A DNA stretch of 64,000 nucleotides from NCBI GenBank assembly GCA_963803805.1, contig CAWDOD010000009.1, positions 32,001 to 96,000 on the forward strand. The letters run 5' to 3'. The DNA comes from an uncultured cyanobacterium (GTDB lineage Bacteria > Cyanobacteriota > Cyanobacteriia > Cyanobacteriales > CAWCAG01). The position numbers and the translations under genes are program-made. Within the stretch, counting starts at the first letter, position 1, and each line of letters opens with the position of its first letter. The notes below the pieces were generated by a model, which worked only from the letters and a program-made list of their open reading frames with translations, made no database searches and was not told the DNA's origin. Positions 51,240 through 62,176 of the stretch are shown here, one piece after another.

Positions 51240-53069
51240 ATGGAAATAACTACTTATTTAAGCAATACCAAGTATGAAATTCAAACTTTTGTAGAGCTAC
51301 TAAATTATAGAGGGCAAAATCAGCCTGATACAATAGCCTATACCTTTTTGAAGGATGGAGAAACACAGGTAAATACGCTAACTTATCAAGAATTAGATAA
51401 ACAGGCACGGGCGATCGCTGCTACGCTTCAAAGTCTCGTTTTTACTGGTTCCCGCGCCTTACTACTCTACCCATCAGGTTTAGAGTTTATTAATGCTTTT
51501 TTTGGGTGTTTGTATGCTGGGGTTATAGCTGTTCCTGCATATCTACCCCGACGCAACCAGAATATGTCTAGGTTACAAGCGATTATAGCTTCTTCACAGG
51601 CAGCAGTAGCACTGACTACAACCTCTTCCTTGGACTATCTCGAAAGCCGCTTCACTAAAGAGCCAGAATTAGCTCAGTTACCTTGGATAACTACGGATAA
51701 TATTGCTAGCGACCAAGCTCAAGCTTGGCGGCAACCGGACATAAAAAGCACTACCCTAGCGCTTCTTCAGTACACATCAGGTTCAACTGGTACACCAAAA
51801 GGGGTGATGGTTAGCCATAGCAATTTGCTACACAATGCTGCTTCAATCAACGAAAGTTTTGACGATACACCCAATAGTCAGGGGGTCATTTGGCTACCTC
51901 ACTACCACGATATGGGATTAATTGGAGGAATACTGCAACCTCTCTATATTGGTATGCCAACAGTTTTAATGCCAGCCACAATGTTTATACAAAAGCCTTG
52001 GCGCTGGTTACAGGCAATTTCCCGCTACAACGCAACCACTAGCGGCGGACCAAATTTTGCCTATGACCTTTGTATTCGTAAGATTACTCCTGAACAAAGG
52101 GCAAGTCTTGACTTAAGTAGCTGGGAAGTAGCTTTTACCGGGGCTGAACCCATTCGTGCTGAAACCTTAGAGCAGTTTGCTGCTACGTTTGCTGATTGTG
52201 GTTTTCGACGAGAGGCATTTCATCCCTGTTACGGAATGGCAGAAACAACTTTGATGGTTTCGGGGGGTTTGAGAAATACTCCACCCATTATTCGCCAAGT
52301 TAATGGGGAAGCACTTGAACGAAATCAAGTTGTGACAGCCACGAGTAAGCAAGAAATCACTCGCACAATAGTTAGCTGTGGTCAGGGTTTATTAGACCAA
52401 AAAATTGTGATTGTTGACCCTCAATCCCTAACTCCTTGTCCTCCTAACAGAGTGGGGGAGATTTGGATATCAGGTTTGAGTGTGGCTCAAGGCTATTGGA
52501 ATCAGCAGAAGGAAACAGAACAGACATTTCATGGCAATCTAGGGAATACGGATGACAGAACTTTTCTACGGACAGGGGATTTGGGATTTGTACAGGATGG
52601 TGAGTTATTTATTACCGGGCGCATTAAAGATGTGATTATCATCCGAGGACGAAACCATTATCCTCAAGACATTGAACTGACCGTAGAGAAGAGCCATGCA
52701 GCACTAAAGTCTGGTTGTGGAGCAGCATTTGCAGTAGAAGTAAAGGGTGAAGAGCGACTGGTAGTTGTTCAAGAGGTGGAACGGAGTTACCTACGGAAGC
52801 TGAATGCAAATGAGGTAATAGAGAGTATCCGTCGGGCTGTGACAGCAGAACACGCCCTACAGCTTTATGCAATAGTTCTAGTTAAGACTGGGAGTATCCC
52901 TAAGACTTCAAGTGGCAAGATTCAGCGCCACATATGTCGGTATAGATTTCTAACTGGAAGCTTGAATGTGGTAGGAGATTGGAGTCAAACGGCTCAGGGC
53001 AAATCGAAATTCATTCATCTACAAGTTGAGGTCGAATCTATGTTGAAGGAACTATCAACTAGTTTGTGA
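51240..53069 (+). CDS. Fatty acyl-AMP ligase (FAAL)
   Basis: LQYTSGSTGTPKG, WLPHYHDMGLIG, PCYGMAETTL, LRTGDLG, GRNHYPQDIE and IPKTSSGKIQR motifs. Confidence 0.95.
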   Translation: MEITTYLSNTKYEIQTFVELLNYRGQNQPDTIAYTFLKDGETQVNTLTYQELDKQARAIAATLQSLVFTGSRALLLYPSGLEFINAFFGCLYAGVIAVPAYLPRRNQNMSRLQAIIASSQAAVALTTTSSLDYLESRFTKEPELAQLPWITTDNIASDQAQAWRQPDIKSTTLALLQYTSGSTGTPKGVMVSHSNLLHNAASINESFDDTPNSQGVIWLPHYHDMGLIGGILQPLYIGMPTVLMPATMFIQKPWRWLQAISRYNATTSGGPNFAYDLCIRKITPEQRASLDLSSWEVAFTGAEPIRAETLEQFAATFADCGFRREAFHPCYGMAETTLMVSGGLRNTPPIIRQVNGEALERNQVVTATSKQEITRTIVSCGQGLLDQKIVIVDPQSLTPCPPNRVGEIWISGLSVAQGYWNQQKETEQTFHGNLGNTDDRTFLRTGDLGFVQDGELFITGRIKDVIIIRGRNHYPQDIELTVEKSHAALKSGCGAAFAVEVKGEERLVVVQEVERSYLRKLNANEVIESIRRAVTAEHALQLYAIVLVKTGSIPKTSSGKIQRHICRYRFLTGSLNVVGDWSQTAQGKSKFIHLQVEVESMLKELSTSL

Positions 53070-53173
53070 GAAAGGGAGTGCTTTTGTAACGGCGAAATAA
53101 ATAGTGTTTGCTCTTTAAGCGAACAAGAGTCACAAGAATGAAAAGCTAATCCAAATAATTAAGGGTTTAAACA

Positions 53174-53509
53174 ATGGAAAATCAGGGTTTCCAAAAAATG
53201 GCATCTTCAGGTTCAGCAGGCTTTCTAACTACTATTCAAGACAATGTAAGCAAGAATCCACTAACAGCGACAGAGATTCAAGAGTGGATCGTTTCTTACT
53301 TAAGCCAACTATTAGAAATTGATCCTGATGAAGTAGATATCACAGTTCCCTTCGACCAATATGGTTTTGATTCCTCAGTTGCTGTAGGTATGACTGGTGA
53401 TTTGGAGGATTGGGTGGGTAGAAAAATTGATCCAACCCTGCTATACGATTACCCTACCATCGAAACTCTCGCTCAGCATTTGGTCGAGGAGTTCAAGACC
53501 AAAGAGTAG
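53174..53509 (+). CDS. Acyl carrier protein
   Basis: FDQYGFDSSVAV phosphopantetheine site; PTLLYDYPTIE. Confidence 0.93.
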   Translation: MENQGFQKMASSGSAGFLTTIQDNVSKNPLTATEIQEWIVSYLSQLLEIDPDEVDITVPFDQYGFDSSVAVGMTGDLEDWVGRKIDPTLLYDYPTIETLAQHLVEEFKTKE

Positions 53510-53575
53510 AACACCTTATATTAGCTGACTCAGAAATGCCACTTGTCCTTGCTTGAAGGTTTTTAGGAGAATGCC

Positions 53576-54967
53576 ATGAGCAATACCACTAAAGATTTAG
53601 GTTTACCAAATAAAAATTTAGTCCCACCTGATGGAAAGATAAAGAAACACCTCAAACTAGCTGCAATCACCTATCAGCATAATACTGAGTCTGACTTCAC
53701 TGAAAAAATAGAAGAACTAGATAGTAAATTCAACTACAGCAGTAATAGCAATGACTATTGGAGCGAACCCGAACTCTCACTGCTTTATGGTACTCCACTC
53801 TACGAGCAAGCTTCCTCTTCTCAAAAATTGGCTCTCAATCACCTTTACTGGGCAACTCAGTATAACCAGACGGCTGCAACCGAAGCAAATGCTGTACTTT
53901 ATAATCAGGTGACGGCTGGAGTTTTCAGAGCGTTTAGTGGTTACGAAGCGCTGTGCAAAGAGCTAGACCTTGAAACAGTACAGGAACGGCATCATATTCA
54001 TGCCTTTCATATGATGGGCTACAAAACAAAAAAGGCTTTGTTAGGTTCCACGTTTAATACTTTTATTCAAGGAAAGTCTTATAAAAAGAAGGATTCTTGT
54101 CGAGGAGTTATACCAAGACAAATATTCACCTTTAATATGCTAAGTTCACCTTTGTCAGGATTTCAGGAAACTGCCCTGCGTTTCGCCACCAAAAAAGTGG
54201 TGCTGAAAAATCCAGCTTGTTGCTATTCTCGGTATTTGAAAGAGTTGGAAGCCAAAGGTGAATCAATTCCTGCTCAAACAACTGGTTTGTTAGGACAATT
54301 AGCACCTCGGCCTTTTCTACAATTCTTCACCTTGAACTGCGGAACTTCACCTTTCTTAGCTTGCCTGTTCTACGTTACGCGCTTCATGGCAAATATGCTG
54401 ATTAAGAATTACGAATACCGCTATTCCCAGTATTATAGAGAATTGGAAAAGCAAGGGAAATTTATTCCCGCCCCACTAGCTGTTTCTCACTACCATCTTT
54501 TGGATGAGGCTTTCCACACCACAACGTCTCAACTAATTGCTCGAGAACTATACAAGGATTTTCCGAAGCCTACAGCCTACGAGAAGTTTTTAGCTAATCT
54601 AATCATCTACAGGGCGCAAGTCGTGGTTCTCAGTGGGCTTTCTGGGGGAATACCTGCAATCTTTCGGAATGATGATACGTTCATGCTTTCGTTCTACAGG
54701 CTGCTACAGTCTCCTGTTTTCAATATGTCTAATCGAGAAGCCTTAGAGTGGCTCAGAGTGTGTATGTGTCAAGAACATGAAGGGTTTTATCTCACTCTCA
54801 AATACCACCAACGCCTCTTGTCAGATCTCCGCCGGCTTTTTGAACCTATTGATTACCTTTGGTCTGTCAACCGCGAGATGAACATTATGGCCGTCGGAGG
54901 TGTAATTAGTAAAGCTATCTCCAACAACATTAAGGCTTTTGAAAAGTTTTCTCAAACTTTTGTTTAA
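53576..54967 (+). CDS. CylC-type dimetal-carboxylate halogenase (AurF-like fold)
   Basis: YWSEPELSLLYGTPLY and LALNHLYW; metal motifs ETVQERHHIHAF and HYHLLDEAFHTTTS; FAAL-ACP context. Confidence 0.9.
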   Translation: MSNTTKDLGLPNKNLVPPDGKIKKHLKLAAITYQHNTESDFTEKIEELDSKFNYSSNSNDYWSEPELSLLYGTPLYEQASSSQKLALNHLYWATQYNQTAATEANAVLYNQVTAGVFRAFSGYEALCKELDLETVQERHHIHAFHMMGYKTKKALLGSTFNTFIQGKSYKKKDSCRGVIPRQIFTFNMLSSPLSGFQETALRFATKKVVLKNPACCYSRYLKELEAKGESIPAQTTGLLGQLAPRPFLQFFTLNCGTSPFLACLFYVTRFMANMLIKNYEYRYSQYYRELEKQGKFIPAPLAVSHYHLLDEAFHTTTSQLIARELYKDFPKPTAYEKFLANLIIYRAQVVVLSGLSGGIPAIFRNDDTFMLSFYRLLQSPVFNMSNREALEWLRVCMCQEHEGFYLTLKYHQRLLSDLRRLFEPIDYLWSVNREMNIMAVGGVISKAISNNIKAFEKFSQTFV

Positions 54968-55029
54968 AGAAAGTTCAACATTATGAATGTTTGAATTGGT
55001 TTGTTTGCAAATTAACTAGAGGTTTAGTA

Positions 55030-58000
55030 GTGGAACCCATAGCAATTATCGGTATTGGTTGTCGTTTTCCCAAAGCAAAAGACCCTGAATCCTTCTGGCA
55101 GTTGTTGCGTGATGGTGGAGATGCGATCACACAAGTGCCTCAAGAGCGGTGGAATATTGATGCATTCTATGACCCAGAACCCGGTACACCAGGAAAAATG
55201 AGTACCCGTTGGGGTGGATTCCTGGAGCAGGTTGACCAATTCGATCCTGCTTTCTTCGGGATTTCCCCTCGTGAAGCAGAGCGAATAGACCCTCAGCAAA
55301 GGCTAGTTTTGGAAGTCGCTTGGGAAGCATTAGAAAATGCCGGGATTGCACCTAACAAGCTAGCTGGAAGTCAGACAGGGGTTTTCATGGGAGTTGGTAA
55401 CTACGATTATTGCAGGTTACTAGCTAAGGATATAAATCTTGTAAACGCCTATGACGGCACTGGAAATACTCTTTCTATTACAGCTAATCGCCTATCGTAC
55501 ATTCTGAATCTGCGGGGGCCGAGTGTACTTATTGAGACAGCCTGCTCCTCGTCTTTGGTAGCATTGCATTTTGCCTGTCGGAGTTTGCAAAGTGGAGAAT
55601 CTAATTTGTGCTTAGTGGGTGGAGCCAGTCTGATGCTATCTCCAGAACCGTTTATCACCTACTCCCATGCGCGGATGATGGCAGCCGATGGTCGCTGTAA
55701 AACTTTTGACGCTAGTGCAGATGGTTATGTTCGGGGGGAAGGATGTGGTGTGGTTGTCATCAAGCGCCTCTATGATGCTCTCAGGGAAGAAGATAATATT
55801 CTAGCAGTTATTAAAGGTACAGCAGTTAACCAGGATGGTCTGAGCAATGGACTGACCGCTCCTAATAGCCTTTCCCAGCAGGAAGTTATCCGTCAGGCTT
55901 TGAAAAATGCTGAAGTGACTCCTGCTCAAATTAGCTACGTTGAAGCTCATGGTACTGGTACATCTTTAGGAGATCCCATTGAAGTTAAATCCTTAAAAGC
56001 TGTGTTGATGAAGGAGCGGGAGGCAGACCAACCCTGTTGGCTAGGTTCAGTCAAAACGAATATTGGTCATTTGGAAGCCGCTTCTGGAATGGCTGGTTTA
56101 ATTAAAGTAGTTCTTTCCCTAAAACATAAAGAAATTCCTCCTCACCTGCACCTAAAGCAGCTCAACTCCCTAATTTCCCTAGAAGGGACTACTTTTGCTA
56201 TTCCCACCGAGTGTCAACCTTGGTTGGCTGGTGCAGAAAGCTGCTTAGCTGGACTCAGTGCATTTGGCTTCGGTGGCACTAACTGCCACGTAGTTTTAGA
56301 AGAAGCTCCCTCTCAGGAAGTGGGGAAAATTCCAGAGCTAAATTCTACATTAGGGCAAAACTCTATTAAGAGCGATCGCCCTCTCCATCTTCTCAGTCTT
56401 TCAGCAAAAAATGAGCAGGCTTTAAAAGAGTTAGCCAAACGTTATACAGATTTCTTAGTTGCTCATCCTGAGAAATCCTTAGCAGATGTCTGTTTTACAG
56501 CAAATACGGGGCGATCGCATTTTGATTATCGCCTAGCTGTAGTAGCTGAATCGACTAAACCGATGCAAGGAGTACTAGAAGCTTTCACTGCTGGTAGGGA
56601 GACTACGGGACTAATAAGTGGACGGGTACAACCTAAGAAGTACCGGAAAGTAGCTTTCCTTTTCACAGGTCAGGGGTCACAGTATGTAGGCATGGGACAG
56701 CAACTCTATGACACCCAACCTATTTTCCGCCAAACCCTTGAGCGCTGTGATGAAATTTTACGTCCCTATCTAAAGCAACCCTTGCTTTCAGTAATCTATC
56801 CTGAATCAGGAGTAAGTTCTCTCCTTAATGAAACAGGCTATACTCAACCTGCCTTATTTGCCTTGGAGTATGCTCTGTTTCAGTTATGGAAATCTTTGGG
56901 AATAGAACCTTCTGTTGTCATGGGTCATAGTGTGGGGGAATATGTTGCGGCTTGTGTTGCTGGAGTATTCAGCCTTGAAGATGGTTTGAAATTAATGGCA
57001 GAACGGGGCCGTTTGATGCAGGCTCTACCTCAGAATGGTGAGATGGTAGCCGTGCTAGCAAGGGAAACCCAAGTAGCAAAAGCCATTCAACCCTACACTC
57101 AAGATATCTCAATTGCCGCCATCAACGGCCCTCAAAGTATTGTCATTTCTGGGAGACGTGAAGCAGTTCGAGCAGCGATCGCAGCTTTAAACACTAAAGG
57201 AATAAAAACAAAAAGGTTAACTGTATCTCATGCTTTCCACTCTCCTTTAATGGAGCCTATGTTAGCTACTTTTGAGAAAGTCGCGGCCTCCGTATCATAC
57301 TCTCTGCCAAAAATTAAGTTAATTTCTAACCTCACTGGAGAACTTGCCACAACTGAGGTAACAAATCCTCAATATTGGTGCCATCATGTGCGACAACCAG
57401 TAAAATTTGCTGCCAGTATGGAAACCCTTTACCAACAGGGTTACGAAATGTTTCTAGAAATTGGAGCGCGACCGACTCTATTAGGTATGGGTCGCTACTG
57501 CTTACCAGAAAATCTAGGCATTTTTCTTCCTAGCTTGTCTCCAACCCAAGAAGATTGGCAACAGCTTCTGCAAAGTTTAGCAGCATTATATGTACGCGGC
57601 CTACCAGTAGATTGGTCTGCCTTTGACCAAGATTATTCCCGTCGCCGCCTCCAACTACCGACTTATCCATTTCAACGGCAACGCTACTGGGCAAACATTT
57701 CTGAAGATAGTCCTCAAAAGTCCTTGTCTAAAGATAATCCACTCACTAATTTGCTACTCAAAGGCAATACCAAACAGTTAGCTCAGCATTTAGAAACCAC
57801 AGGAAAACTATCAAAAGATGAGTTGAAATTACTGCCTAAGCTGCTACAACTATTAGTTCATCACAATCAGGAGCAACTTAAGGTAACATCCATTGAAGAT
57901 TGGTTTTGTGAAATAGAATGGCAGCTACAGCCACGCAGATCCACCAACCATAAGCAAAACGGGTTCCATAAACCTGGTAGTTGGTTAATTTTAGCTGACG

Positions 58001-60909
58001 AGGGAAGTGTAGGACAAACCATAGCTAAGCTTCTTTACCAACAGGGTCACACCTGTATTCTGGTTTATGTTGGAGATGCTTACCAGATTAAAGAAGACGG
58101 AACATACATCATCAATCCTGCTAGTCCAACAGACTTTGAGCGTCTTTTCCAAGAAGTTGTAGGAAACCTAAATCCACCTTTACAGAAAGTTATTCACCTT
58201 TGGAGTTTACAGGCTCAAGTCGCTTCAGAATTGACAATCTCCTCTTTGAAACAGGCTCAAATTCTAGGTGTTGGTAGCACACTCCATTTGTTACAAGCAT
58301 TAGTGAAATTTAATCATTTTCCTCGGTTGTGGTTAGTGACACGGGGGGCGACACCAGTTGGAAGTAAACTTCCTGGAATTGCTCAAGCACCTCTTTGGGG
58401 ATTGGGTAAAGTTGTTTCTCTAGAACACCCAGAACTATGGGGAGGAATGCTGGATTTAGCTTTTGAGGCTACAGAAGACGAAGTAACAAAGCTTTTAGCC
58501 GAAATTCAAGATTATCAAGACGAAGATCATTTAGCTTTCCGAGAGGGAAACCGTTATGTAGCTCGCTTGGTAAAAAAGCCACTACCGGAAGTCAAAGAAA
58601 TTTCTTTTCATTCAGATGGTACTTACCTAATTACTGGTGGTTTAGGAGCGTTGGGGCTGAAAGTTGCTTGCTGGATGGTAGAACGGGGTGTCCGACAACT
58701 GGTACTCACCAGCCGCCGTGGAACTGTAACTCCGGTACAGGAAACCTTAAGACAACTGGAGCAGGCAGGAGCCAAGGTTGTCGTGGCTAGGGCAGATGTA
58801 TCTCAAGAAGAGGATATGGTCAGAATTTTTGAAGAAATTGAAACATCAATGCTACCTCTGCGAGGTATTGTTCATGCTGCTGGCGTTCCTGGCTACGAAG
58901 CGATTAAAGATATGAACTTTAACAGCTTTGAGTCTGTGCTTCGTCCCAAAGTAGAAGGGACATGGATTCTACATCAACTGACCAAAGGGATGAAGTTAGA
59001 CTTTTTTGTTAACTTTTCCTCTATTTCGTCAGTGTGGGGGTCTAAAGGACAGGCCCACTATACAGCAGCAAATTGTTTTCTTGATCTGTTAGCTCACTAT
59101 CGTCAGGGACTAGGACTACCTGCTTTAAGTGTGAATTGGGGGCCGTGGCAAGGTGGCGGCATGGCTGTTGAAGAATTTCAGACCTGGATGACTAAGCTAG
59201 GGATGGAAGTCTTGCAGCCAGAGCAGGCGCTTACTGCCCTAGAATATCTACTTGAAGCAGGCTGTGTTCAAACAACTGTGGCTAATGTTGATTGGACTCG
59301 ATTCAAAAGTATCTATGAAACACGAGGAAAGCGATTGCTGTTAGAACAAATTGAAGTAGGCGAAGCCACTGAGCAACAGGATTCAAAGCAACAATCGGAG
59401 ATTTTAGAGAAATTAGATGCAGCTTCGGTACAAGATTACTATTCCATTCTGGTAGCTTACCTTCAAAGCTTAGTTGCCAAAGTATTAAGGCTTGCCTCAT
59501 CTCAACTAGTTTCTCCTCAACAAGGTCTTTTTGAGATGGGTATGGACTCACTAATGACAGTTGAGTTGGTTGAATTGGTTCAGTCTCAGTTAAAGTTAAA
59601 ATTATCGATGTTAGAGGTTTTGCAGGCACATAATATTGATAAGTTAGCTAAGCTATTACTTCAACAACTTGCTCCGAATATCTCCACTCCGTCTGCTACC
59701 GAGAATGAGTTGAATCTCACTCATGAGGCTGTTCTAGAAGATTCAATCACTCCAGAAAACGTCGATGTTGAGCTTGCTCAAATAAGTTCAATCTTTTTGA
59801 CTGGCGCAACAGGTTTCTTAGGGGCGTTTTTACTAAAAGAACTTCTAGAAAAAACCGATGCAAAGCTTTATTGTTTAGTTCGTGCAACCGACCCTACTTC
59901 AGGATTGCAGAAAATTTACAAAAACTTATACAAATACTCCTTATTAGAGGGGCAACTAAGTCCTAGAATTATTCCTGTTGTTGGCAATCTATCTCAACCT
60001 AGATTAGGTCTTGGAGCAGAACAGTTTAAAGAATTAGCTGAGGGAATTGATGTTATTTATCACAATGGAGCAGTTCTAAACTTTGTCTACCCTTATTCAG
60101 CTTTGAAGCCAACTAACGTTCTGGGTACGCAGGAAATACTGCGCTTAGCTTGTCAGTCTAAGGTTAAACCTCTCCACTATGTTTCTACTGACGCTGTGTT
60201 TGATTCGTCTGCTTATTACGGCAAGGAAGTCAGAGAATCAGAGGCAATTTTTCACGCAGAAGGAATTGACCTTGGCTATACCCAAAGTAAGTGGGTAGCA
60301 GAAAAATTAGTTACCATTGCTCGCGATCGCGGACTTCCAGTTTCTATCTACAGACCGCCTTTGATTGCTGGGGATAGTAAAAGTGGTATTTGGAAGACCG
60401 ATGACTTTACCTGCCGATTCATCAAAGGCTGCATTCAAATGGGAAGCATACCGGATATGAGTTGTGATGTTACCTTAGTTCCAGTGGATTATGTTAGCCA
60501 AGCAATCGTTCATCTGTCCTTGAAAAAGGGGTCGCTAAGCAGGGCATTTCACTTAAATAATCCCAATGCTTCTAGCTGGGATAAAGTGACCGATTGCATC
60601 AATGAGCTAGGTTATCCTCTTCGGACATTGCCTTATGAGAAATGGGAAGCCGAACTTATCGCAATAGTAGGAGCGAAGGAGAATGCTTTAAGTAGCCTCT
60701 TACCCTTCTTTTTACGGCGATGGTCACAGGAAAAACTAACTTTTGCTGGGCTTGGTCAAAGAAGAGTCAAACTTAACTGTAAAGAGACAATTGCTAGTCT
60801 TGCAGATAGTTTTATTAATTGTCCTGCCGTGGATTATCAATTACTGAACACCTATTTTTCTTATTTCAATCGCAGCAGTTTCTTAGAGACTCCCAAACAA
60901 CGGATTTGA
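55030..60909 (+). CDS. Type I PKS module KS-AT-KR-ACP-thioester reductase
   Basis: KS TACSSS/HGTGT/NIGHLE; AT GHSVGE and HAFHS; KR GGLGALG and HYTAAN; ACP GMDSL; R domain TGATGFLG and GYTQSKWVAE. Likely GTG start at 55030. Confidence 0.95.
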   Translation: MEPIAIIGIGCRFPKAKDPESFWQLLRDGGDAITQVPQERWNIDAFYDPEPGTPGKMSTRWGGFLEQVDQFDPAFFGISPREAERIDPQQRLVLEVAWEALENAGIAPNKLAGSQTGVFMGVGNYDYCRLLAKDINLVNAYDGTGNTLSITANRLSYILNLRGPSVLIETACSSSLVALHFACRSLQSGESNLCLVGGASLMLSPEPFITYSHARMMAADGRCKTFDASADGYVRGEGCGVVVIKRLYDALREEDNILAVIKGTAVNQDGLSNGLTAPNSLSQQEVIRQALKNAEVTPAQISYVEAHGTGTSLGDPIEVKSLKAVLMKEREADQPCWLGSVKTNIGHLEAASGMAGLIKVVLSLKHKEIPPHLHLKQLNSLISLEGTTFAIPTECQPWLAGAESCLAGLSAFGFGGTNCHVVLEEAPSQEVGKIPELNSTLGQNSIKSDRPLHLLSLSAKNEQALKELAKRYTDFLVAHPEKSLADVCFTANTGRSHFDYRLAVVAESTKPMQGVLEAFTAGRETTGLISGRVQPKKYRKVAFLFTGQGSQYVGMGQQLYDTQPIFRQTLERCDEILRPYLKQPLLSVIYPESGVSSLLNETGYTQPALFALEYALFQLWKSLGIEPSVVMGHSVGEYVAACVAGVFSLEDGLKLMAERGRLMQALPQNGEMVAVLARETQVAKAIQPYTQDISIAAINGPQSIVISGRREAVRAAIAALNTKGIKTKRLTVSHAFHSPLMEPMLATFEKVAASVSYSLPKIKLISNLTGELATTEVTNPQYWCHHVRQPVKFAASMETLYQQGYEMFLEIGARPTLLGMGRYCLPENLGIFLPSLSPTQEDWQQLLQSLAALYVRGLPVDWSAFDQDYSRRRLQLPTYPFQRQRYWANISEDSPQKSLSKDNPLTNLLLKGNTKQLAQHLETTGKLSKDELKLLPKLLQLLVHHNQEQLKVTSIEDWFCEIEWQLQPRRSTNHKQNGFHKPGSWLILADEGSVGQTIAKLLYQQGHTCILVYVGDAYQIKEDGTYIINPASPTDFERLFQEVVGNLNPPLQKVIHLWSLQAQVASELTISSLKQAQILGVGSTLHLLQALVKFNHFPRLWLVTRGATPVGSKLPGIAQAPLWGLGKVVSLEHPELWGGMLDLAFEATEDEVTKLLAEIQDYQDEDHLAFREGNRYVARLVKKPLPEVKEISFHSDGTYLITGGLGALGLKVACWMVERGVRQLVLTSRRGTVTPVQETLRQLEQAGAKVVVARADVSQEEDMVRIFEEIETSMLPLRGIVHAAGVPGYEAIKDMNFNSFESVLRPKVEGTWILHQLTKGMKLDFFVNFSSISSVWGSKGQAHYTAANCFLDLLAHYRQGLGLPALSVNWGPWQGGGMAVEEFQTWMTKLGMEVLQPEQALTALEYLLEAGCVQTTVANVDWTRFKSIYETRGKRLLLEQIEVGEATEQQDSKQQSEILEKLDAASVQDYYSILVAYLQSLVAKVLRLASSQLVSPQQGLFEMGMDSLMTVELVELVQSQLKLKLSMLEVLQAHNIDKLAKLLLQQLAPNISTPSATENELNLTHEAVLEDSITPENVDVELAQISSIFLTGATGFLGAFLLKELLEKTDAKLYCLVRATDPTSGLQKIYKNLYKYSLLEGQLSPRIIPVVGNLSQPRLGLGAEQFKELAEGIDVIYHNGAVLNFVYPYSALKPTNVLGTQEILRLACQSKVKPLHYVSTDAVFDSSAYYGKEVRESEAIFHAEGIDLGYTQSKWVAEKLVTIARDRGLPVSIYRPPLIAGDSKSGIWKTDDFTCRFIKGCIQMGSIPDMSCDVTLVPVDYVSQAIVHLSLKKGSLSRAFHLNNPNASSWDKVTDCINELGYPLRTLPYEKWEAELIAIVGAKENALSSLLPFFLRRWSQEKLTFAGLGQRRVKLNCKETIASLADSFINCPAVDYQLLNTYFSYFNRSSFLETPKQRI

Positions 60910-60941
60910 TAATTATTTCAACAGTATGAGGCTTGAACAGA

Positions 60942-62153
60942 ATGAAACCTCTCAAAATCCACACTCTGGCTTTTTTAGTAACTGGTTTTCCTCCAGACGT
61001 AAGCGGCGTTTCTCACTTTAATTGGGAACGTGTCCAATGGTTTGCCCAGCAAGAAATGTATCGTGTTGTTGTCTTTGCACCTGATTGGCAAAAACAGTCC
61101 AATGAGTTATTGGGGTTGTCAAAATTAGAGGGGAAATTGATTATTGAACGCTATCCCTCAAAGCCTTGGCTTCCCTACAAACTAACTCATGTTCCCAAGT
61201 TTCGTGCAGCCCGTGAAATCAATCAAAAGTTAGCTGATTACCAACCCGACTTGATTGTTGTGACAGACGTAGAGCGCTTTTTCTTATTAAGTGCGTGGCA
61301 ATTGCCAGGTCAGCGTTATGCCAAGGAGCATTGTATTCCCTACCTAGCTGAATACCACACAGACCTTTACAATTTTTCAGCCGCTTATCCAGGTTGGCAG
61401 TGGTTACGAAAGCTGGTTCGTAGTTCTCATTTAGTAAGTTATTTATATAGTGATATCAATATGACAATATGTTCGAGTAATGCTGCTAGTCAAAGCTGTA
61501 AAGAACTGGGGATTAACAAAGTTCAGACGATTCCTTTTTTAGGCATTGACGTTTCCACCTATAGCCCCAATCGGGGTCACCGAAAATGGTTAGAACCTTG
61601 GTTGAGTCATCAGGAAAGGGATAATAAAGTCTTGCTTTTCTTGGGTCGTCTTGGTTTCGAGAAAAGAGTAGATTTACTCATCGAAGCATTTGCAAAGTTA
61701 AAGAGTAAAGAACCTAATTATTCTCTTCTTATCGCCGGGGATGGGCCTGTTGAAGTTGTAAACAAACTCAGACGCCTTGCTGAAACGGTTGACAACATCC
61801 ACTTTACAGGCTTTCTCGTTGGAGAAACCAAGGCTAATGTGCTGTCTTCGTGTGATGTGTTTTGCAGTCCTTCTCCTTACGAAACTTTTGGACGGACAAT
61901 TGTGGAAGCGATGGCTTCAGGAGTTCCGGTTGTAACTGTCGATAGCGGCGCGGTATCTGAATACATAATTCACGGTGTAAATGGATATCTCGTTCCAAGT
62001 GGCGATGTTGAAGGATTAGCTAATGGTATTCACAAAGCTTTATCAAGCGACAATACACAAATGATTAAGCAGGTATTGCGGGATGCAAAGCAGTTCTCCC
62101 TCTCTCAAGGCTGTCGGAATTTGCATGACTACTATCAGCAATTATTGAATTGA
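60942..62153 (+). CDS. Glycosyltransferase family 4 (GT-B)
   Basis: FPPDVSGVS, FLGRLGFEKRVD and PSPYETFGRTIVEAMASG motifs. Confidence 0.92.
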   Translation: MKPLKIHTLAFLVTGFPPDVSGVSHFNWERVQWFAQQEMYRVVVFAPDWQKQSNELLGLSKLEGKLIIERYPSKPWLPYKLTHVPKFRAAREINQKLADYQPDLIVVTDVERFFLLSAWQLPGQRYAKEHCIPYLAEYHTDLYNFSAAYPGWQWLRKLVRSSHLVSYLYSDINMTICSSNAASQSCKELGINKVQTIPFLGIDVSTYSPNRGHRKWLEPWLSHQERDNKVLLFLGRLGFEKRVDLLIEAFAKLKSKEPNYSLLIAGDGPVEVVNKLRRLAETVDNIHFTGFLVGETKANVLSSCDVFCSPSPYETFGRTIVEAMASGVPVVTVDSGAVSEYIIHGVNGYLVPSGDVEGLANGIHKALSSDNTQMIKQVLRDAKQFSLSQGCRNLHDYYQQLLN

Positions 62154-62176
62154 GCTAAATATACGGTAATCAAACG

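Noticed and set aside
55030-62153. Heterocyst glycolipid (hgl) cluster
   Set aside because: The reductase and glycosyltransferase logic is similar, but there are no PfaA-like multi-ACP iterative PKS genes. FAAL, halogenase and CylK-like genes point to a different pathway.
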